Assembly: GCA_036172245.1 (NCBI GenBank)
Contig: JAYWIR010000119.1
Location: forward strand, 62,001-105,781
Length of the DNA stretch: 43,781 bases
DNA from: Raillietiella orientalis
Taxonomy: Eukaryota
Reading direction: 5' to 3'
The position numbers and the translations under genes were made by a program. Of the stretch, positions 36,989 to 43,781 are shown in pieces. The notes below the pieces were generated by a model. The model did not search any database, was not told where the DNA came from, and worked only from the letters and a program-made list of their open reading frames with translations. Within the stretch, counting starts at the first letter, position 1. Every line of letters begins with the position of its first letter.

Positions 36989-39900
36989 CGTACAGGGAGA
37001 AGTAAAATTTGCGGATAATCCCGCGCTTCTGAGCAGGAGCCGAGTGCTCCCGGCCCTGGTCGTCCAGCAACCTTCGCGACCCGGATTGCCAGGCTTGACT
37101 CCCGGCTCCAGCTCGATACGCTGCTTACATGCGCATGTCTGAAGTTTTCGCGTAACGTCAAGCATGATGATAGCACCTTTCGTTCCGCGGCCCCTCCAGA
37201 AATCCTGGAGGTAGGCGATGCAGAGGAAACCGTTCGCAGAGCTCCTGAACCGACCGCTTGAAGCGGTCCCAGTCCTGAAGCGTCCGCAACCTGAAGTTCC
37301 GTGTGAACGCGCGGAGATGTTTTGACGCATCCGCACGCTTCAGCCAGTCCCCTGGGAGACGCCACGCTGACGAGGGGGGGCCGTTATCGCGCGAATGCAC
37401 TTCGAACACGATTCGGCCATGGTCAGACAGCTCGGACGGTAACTTGTCGCGCCTGCCCACGCAACAGCATAGGTGCTGGTCAAGGTAAACGAGATCGATG
37501 CTGCGTTCCATGTCTGTATCTCCGGCCAGCAAGTCGCACGTCTGCATTTGAGCGCACAACTCGTTGACGCGGTCGTTCAGTGTGTCCGGCGCACTAGAAA
37601 GCAGGCGCAGGTTGAAGTTTGGCACCCGGATATGCCGGGGCATTTATTATTCTAATTTTCTACAAAAATTAGATAATAAAGTCTTTCAAAAGTTAATTGT
37701 GGGAAACACTTGGTTTTCCCACCTTGGTTGACGTGTCTGTTGCCGGTGCATAGACCGGTTAGGTCCATTCCCGAGGCGCATGGGAAGGGAAAACTAGAAC
37801 AAAAACAAACAAAAAGAGAGATAACGGGGAGGGAAACAGTTGTATGGGGAGAGTGGGGGGGCAGGGAAGGGATCACTGAGCGCCTGGGTCGGTCCTCCGC
37901 ATCCTGTTCAGGATGCAGTCAAGTTCTGTTTTAACTCTGAAAGGTAGACGCCACCTTGTCGCCGTCTCTAAAGAGATCGTCGTCCAGTGGATGGCGTCCC
38001 TGCATCTTGGGCCTCTTCTTCTGGCGTGCCACCTTTGCACAATGCCGCGCACGCAGCAGAGGACTGCTAGAGACGCAGCGGGGCGCAGGTTGTCACGCAG
38101 AAAGAGGCGACGGTAAATTTCCTTAGGGTCGCCTACTGGAAGATGGAGGATTGGGGCGATTCGACTCCAGAGTCCATCCAGGGCGACACACTCGAGGGTG
38201 AGATGCGGGAAGGTTTCTCTTTCTCAGCACTCGACACAGCAGGCATCCACATTTCCCAGTGTCCAGTGAGACAGGCGTGCTCTGCTTAACAGTCCCCAGT
38301 GCAGAAATAGCAACGCCGTCTCCTGCCACTTCGATCAACCTGCTTCAATCAACCAATCGCGTCCGAGGTCAAGGTACAATTCTCTTCTTGCCTTCGCCCT
38401 CAACGCGTCCTTACCGCTAGGAGCGTACAACTTGGTGAGGACCAGGTCGATTGAGTCGGACCAGCTGAGAGTCAGCTGACCGACACGAACGGCGTCATCA
38501 AACCGTACGTCCTTTATTGCGGCCTCGATGGCTGGCCGGAGCAGGAAGGCGACACCGCTTGATTTCGCGGGGCCGCAACGCCACAACAGCCGCCCACCCG
38601 AGATCCGTTCGATCTCCAGGGCTTGATCTGCGGAGATCACGTGAATCTCCCGCAGCAGCACCAAATCGAAGGATGCCAGGGTGGCGGCCGCGTCACGCCT
38701 CTTGCCGTCGTCGCTTAGCCCGTTCACGTTCCAACAGGCGATCAGAAGACGACGGCGAGAGGCGATTCCCGGCATTATGGCTGGGAAAGTGGCGCTGAAG
38801 AGTCTGCCGCAGGGCAGGTGTTGGGGATGTCCATGAGGACGGAGTTCTCTTCAGACACCTGGGGCACCTGTTCGGTCTCTACCTTCTCCATCCCCTCCGT
38901 AACGGAACGTGGGATTCTCTCGGGCGACGGGTACCGGGAGTTTCCCAAGCTCATCGCACCCTCGCTGGCGGAAGCCTTCTCTTCCCTTTCGTCGAGGGAG
39001 ACGATCTTTTTGGGCTTTGTGGACTTTCGTACAGCCTGTTTGCTTGGTGCGCTGGAGATGAATGCTGTGCTTCCGGCCTCCACTTCGGGGTCGGAAGTGG
39101 GATACTCCTGAGGGGAGGCCGGACGCCTGACAACCTTCTTGCCAGCCTGGGGGTGGCCGGCTGCAACGAGGCAGCAACCTCCTCGCGGCGCGCTCAATGG
39201 CGACGTCATCGAGCGTGGACTCGATGACGGATGCCGCCGCCTCGCTCCCCTCCTTGTTGACTTTCTCAACGGAGGGTTGAGCAGGGGCAGCAGCGAGTTC
39301 TTCAGCGACGCATTCGTAGATGGCGAGAATCCGCTTTACGACGACGCAGCAGCTTTTGATTTTTTCGCGGCGTGGCTCGGTTTCGCTCTCTTTTGCCACG
39401 CTTTTTCCCATCTTAAGGGATTTTTTCTTGGAGTCGACCTTCTGTCACCCTGGCTTTTGACCCTCGCCCTCGATTTTTTCGGCGTTTTTCGTCGGAGTCT
39501 GAGGGCTGGCATTCGCCTTGCTGGCGAAGGTGACCTCCTTAGCAGCAGCAAGAGCTGCCTGCTTCTTTCTGTTTTTAAACGCGCGCTTTCTCGCGTTATT
39601 TGCCGACCTGACGCGGACTGTGTTTTGGGGGCACACAGAACGGGTGTGCCCCGCTTGTTTACATTGCTGGCATCACACGCTTGGAGACCTCATTTTAAGG
39701 TAACCAAAGCTGCTGCAGCAGCCGAAAAACTTGGGTTTCCCCACGTACCACACGTCAACGGATTTACCGTTGACGTTGAATTTGTGGGGAAACACATCCC
39801 TCGCGAACCGTCACTCGCGCTGCACCCAGGCCGCCAGGCACCCCGTCGTTATCAACAAACGGAGTAGGTTTTCCCATAGCGTGACGACCGTTGCGAATTT

Positions 39901-40190
39901 TTCTAATTGGTTCCGGACGGTTTTTTTCGTCATCCGCAACGTGATACCGGTCAGGTGAATGATCACCGACCGGTCTTCAGTAATTGGGAGAAGCCTCCGG
40001 CTGCCCATAATTACGGGGGTTCGAAGAAGTCTTTGCGCAAGAGTTGCCTCGTTGCAGATAACTTTCAAAAATTGACCCCCGCTTCTGACGGATATAGCCA
40101 GAAGCTCCTCTTTTTGTACGCCGAGAACGCGCATCGCCTGCGAGAAGGCGCGCGCGTTCTCGGCAGAATATAAACCGCCTAAAAAGTTAA
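36989..40190 (-). mobile_element. LINE copy A3 (most of ORF1, APE, linker to SLY), interrupted by copy Y
   Basis: ORF1 with DLWYVGKPKF and knuckles ending LSQP*; ORF2 MPGIASRRRLLIACWNVNG...RDWLIEAG (38338), resuming FNLRLLSSAPDTLNDRVNELC at 37618. Confidence 0.88.
37619..38333 (-). mobile_element. 5'-truncated LINE copy Y (C-terminal domain + 3' UTR) nested in A3
   Basis: KWQETALLFLHWGLLSRARLSHWTLGNVDACCVEC; ends AATAAATGCCCCGGCATATCCGGGTGCCAA. Confidence 0.85.
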
Positions 40191-40920
40191 AAGTCCCGGA
40201 GAAAGAAGTCCTCGGGCTTTCGGTTAGAAGTGGCGGGCAGCTTGTTGAGCTGAACTGCAAGTCTGCAGGGATGACTTTCGACCGTGAACGGTCGAAGAAT
40301 CTTCCCGTTCACGGCGGACAATTCCATCGTTGTCCACCTCACCGGTATTACCATGAGAATGGCTAAGACCGCCGTTCGCGAGAGTTTGGAAAAGTTCGGG
40401 ACGGTCCACGCGTTGTGGGCAAAACTTAATGTCCTGGGTTACACCAGGGCATTCAGTGGTTACGCCGCTGTCTGCGTGACCGTCCGAGCCGAGGGTGGGC
40501 TACCCCACAGACTGCAGTTCGGGGAGGAGGAGATCGACCTGTGGTATGTGGGGAAACCCGTTTACTGCGGCTTTTGCCAGGTGTCGGTGCATTTAAAAAA
40601 GAAATGCCCCAACATCGTGTGCTTGGGCTGTGGGGAGAAGAGGCACATCAGGCGGATGCGCCCCTACCGATAAAGGTCCGTTCCGTCAGGCGCGATGAAG
40701 GATGAGACGCCGAAAGAAAAGGACCGAAGCCAACAACTGGCAGAATCCCGCCCTGCCGACCAACCTGCTGTTTAGCCATCCTCCAGCGAACAACCAGCTG
40801 GAGAAAGCGCCGAGAACAAGAAAGGTTAACAGAAGGTGGTCAAGAAGAAAAAGGCCATCGTCAAGGAGGTAAAACGCATAAACAAGGCGGCTCCGAAGAA
40901 GCAGAAGCTGGAAGTCTGCG
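40186..40920 (+). mobile_element. LINE ORF1 fragment G
   Basis: VPEKEVLGLSVRSGGQLVELNCK...DLWYVGKPVYCGFCQVSVHLKKKCPNIVCLGCGEKRH. Confidence 0.85.
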
Positions 40921-43151
40921 TTTTCACCCGGATATGCCGAGCATTTATTCAAAAGAATAAAATTACAAGTGATTCTCGCGTTTGAACCCAAAGGTCCACC
41001 ACTACAAAACAGCTTGGTATTTACCGGCGCTATGCCGGAGAGGTCCATCCGATGCGCGAGTGTTGGGAAAGAAAAAACAAAAAACAAACAAATAGTGGAA
41101 GTATGGGAGGGAACAAATGTTTCGGGAATGGGAGAGAACGGGAAGGGATCACTGCTGCTGCTGGGGCCGCATCATCCCTCTCAGGATGCTGGCAAGCTCT
41201 TGTTTGTTCTGAACATCCAGGTGGGGCCATCGCGACGCCCTCCTCAGGAATTCGGAGGCGCACTGGATGGCTTCCTGATCGCTAGGTCCTCCCGTCGCCG
41301 TGCTCCAGGCGGCGACGATCCCACGAAGGCAGCACAAGGCTGCTATCGAGGACGCTGGACGCAGGGCGTCGGCAACGAAGAAGGCTTTTAGTGCGTCCCT
41401 GGGGTTGCTGCAAGGGATACCGATGGCCGCGGCAAAGCGGAACCAAAGGGGCCGAAAGGCAACACAATCCACTAGGAGGTGGGGGAGCGACTCTTGTTCC
41501 CCGCACCTTACACAATTGGGATCCACCGCTCCCCGGGTCCAGTGGTGTCGACGGGCGTTCCAGGGGAGTCCCCAGTGCTGCAACAGGAATGCCGACTCTT
41601 GCCATTTTAGGGGGAGGATGGAAGTGTTCATAAGAATCGGGGGCCACTTCAGATGTTCAATCGGAACATCCAGCAGCGCTCCCCAGCGCAGAAGTCCATT
41701 AGGAGGCGTACTCGGGGTCGCAGCATCAGTTAGCTGGCCCGTCTACCACTCTCTCTGCTTCTTCTCCTTCCCGGAGATTTTCATTGTAACCTCCCACTCA
41801 GCAGAAGCATCGCTGTCCTGATGTTCCACTAGGGAGTCCAGCGCAGCAGCGAGGGGGGTTCTTCCTGACCACGCTCTCTTCTTAGGATCCTTCTTAGGTA
41901 TCACCCAAACAGGAACCTTCGTTCCTAATGGAAGGGTTGCATGCCGAACTGTCCCCACGTACGAACGGTTTCCTGCAACCAGGGACTACCGTTCGCGGGG
42001 AGACAGGTGATCCATCCTTGATTTTTCCTTGCCAGCGCAGCCACCCTCCGTAGCCGAAGCCCACATCGGTTGATGCGGCTTCGATGGAGTGCAAGAAACG
42101 CCGTAAGTCCCGTTTTGCCGGTGGCGTGCTGAAGGAGGAGACGTGCAGGGACGCACCAACAGGTGCACCACAACTCCGGCACAAGCGCCAAAATCCAGAA
42201 CTGGAGCTGCAGCTCCAGTCGCTCCAATGTCAGGAGGCCGAGACCACCGTCCCGACGCGGACCGCACAAGTCCTTCAAGCGGACCCGGGCCCTCCCGTTG
42301 CCCCAAAGGGCGATACGGAGGAGGTCCTTCGTCCGCTTTTTGATCCTCTCTGTGGGGGGGCAAACAAAAAGCAGGGAACGGAGGAGAGAAGCCGCGAACA
42401 TGTTCCAAACCGCGGCCCGTTCATGCAGGAAAAACCTGCCGCTTCGGAACGGGCCGATAGCCGTATCTACTTTTTGAAGGCAGCCGAGCCGCGCTTCCGC
42501 AGGGAAGTAGTCCCCCAACGGCACACCAAGGTACTCGAAGTACTTCACCGTGGGGATCCCCAAACGGACCCAGTCCTGCTGCCCTGCCCACGCCGCATCA
42601 ACTGGCATCACGGACGACTTCGCCCTGTTCACCGTAAGCCCGGTTCCTCGATTCAGCAGGTCGAAGAACTTCTCGACCGCCGAAGCCGGGGTGGACATAG
42701 GGAGCACTAGCAGGAGGTCGTCCGCATATGCTGAAATCGCAGGCGTTCCAACGCATTCATGTGAAAGGTGCGCCAGAGTTTCCCTGTACGCTTTCAGTAC
42801 CAACTCAAAGTAGGTACTGAACAGCAAGGGGCTCAGGCTGTCTCCTTGCCGGATCCCAAGTCGCTCCGGCACGCAGTGAACAGTATGCCCGCTGAAAGTA
42901 ACATTGATTAGCGCATCGCGCCAGCTAGAGCGCAGATAGGCCAATAATGAGGCCGGGAAGCCCAAGCGTTCCAAAAGCTCCAGCAGGAGATTCTGGTCGA
43001 CGCTGTCGAATGCTTTACGCAAGTCGACAGCGACCGCAAGTGCTCCCTCCCTCATCCGACCATCCGTCGCATGACTGACGGACTCACCGGAATTCCCGGT
43101 GCGCATCAAGCCCCTTTCGTGTTGGAGCTCTAGCTAGGTGGAAGCGTGGAA
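40921..43151 (-). mobile_element. LINE copy A' (RT to 3' end)
   Basis: 394-aa ORF with DLRKAFD, RQGDSLSPLLF, AYADD, YLGVP; zinc finger CVRCGEQESLPHLLVDC; ends AATAAATGCTCGGCATATCCGGGTGAAAA. Confidence 0.94.
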
Positions 43152-43781
43152 CACGCCCGTCGACACCACTGGACCTGGGGAGTGGTGGATCCCAATTGTG
43201 TAAGGTGCGGGGAACGGGAGTCCCTCCCCCACCTCCTAGTGGATTGTGTTGCCCTTCGGCCCCTTTGGTTCCGCTTTGCCGCGGCCATCGGTATCCCTTG
43301 CGGCAACCCCAGGGTCGCACTAAAAGCCTTCTTCGTTGCCGACGCCCTGCGGCCAGCGTCCTCGATAGCAGCCTTGTGCAGCCTTCGTGGGATCGTCGCC
43401 GCCTGGAGCACGGCGACGGGAGGACCTAGCGATCAGGAAGCCAACCAGTGCGCCTCCGAATTCCTGAGGAGGGCGTCGCGATGGCCCCACCTGGATGTTG
43501 ACAACAAACAAGAGCTTGCCAGCATCCTGAGAGGGATGATGCGGCCCCAGCAGCAACAGTGATCCCTTCCCGTTCCCTCCCACCCTTTGCTTTTTTTTTT
43601 TGTTTAGTTTTTTTTTGTTTTTCCCCTTTCCCCTGCTGCCTTAGTGGACCGTACCGGTCTAGAAACCGGTGAATTGGCAGCCGCCGTGGTTCTTAGCTTC
43701 TGGCTGGAGCATTGCCACAGCCATTAATAATTTGTTTACAAAGTTTATTTTTTTAATAAACGACCCGGAGAAATCCGGGTG
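43147..43781 (+). mobile_element. 5'-truncated LINE copy A'' (C-terminal domain + 3' UTR)
   Basis: Near-identical inverted copy of 41137-41561; ends AATAAACGACCCGGAGAAATCCGGGTG at the window edge. Confidence 0.92.

Noticed and set aside
13836..39867. Long antisense or alternate-frame ORFs (e.g. 13836-14759, 31952-32887, 39139-39867)
   Set aside because: Shadows of GC-rich LINE coding sequence; not conserved between copies.
12254..43140. Stop-codon reassignment explaining frequent TAG at Trp/Gln positions
   Set aside because: The same copies also carry frameshifts, TGA/TAA stops and catalytic mutations; ordinary decay suffices.
8753..43781. Prokaryotic RT system (retron, DGR, group II intron), LTR/DIRS element, or telomeric retrotransposon array
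   Set aside because: The APE-RT-zinc finger layout with CCHC ORF1 is non-LTR L1/Tx1; there is no integrase, recombinase or LTR, and telomeric arrays are unidirectional whereas this one alternates.

Overview
This is eukaryotic (probably arthropod) non-genic DNA; I recognised no host gene. Bases 1-8750 are AT-rich and hold a decayed endogenous capsid gene of a partiti-like dsRNA virus (about 6555-7780, minus strand), plus at least one other decayed, unidentified reading frame. Bases 8753-43781 are an almost gap-free GC-rich mosaic of about 16 segments of L1/Tx1-clade non-LTR retrotransposons from several subfamilies (ORF1 with two CCHC knuckles; ORF2 with APE endonuclease, RT and C-terminal zinc finger). 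All copies are disrupted. Orientation flips 11 times, several segments are fused head-to-head, and two junction positions recur in different copies. A 1.56-kb piece of a CRESS ssDNA virus genome (11347-12904) sits between two adjacent codons of the first LINE's ORF2. It carries an intron-containing Rep, a TATA box, a perfect origin hairpin with TAGTATTAC, and the Arg-rich start of a divergent capsid gene. The best overall reading, which is inference, is a transposon/virus trap locus of piRNA-cluster or hairpin-siRNA type. Subfamily letters are my own labels, identities are by eye, and junction coordinates are accurate to a few nt.
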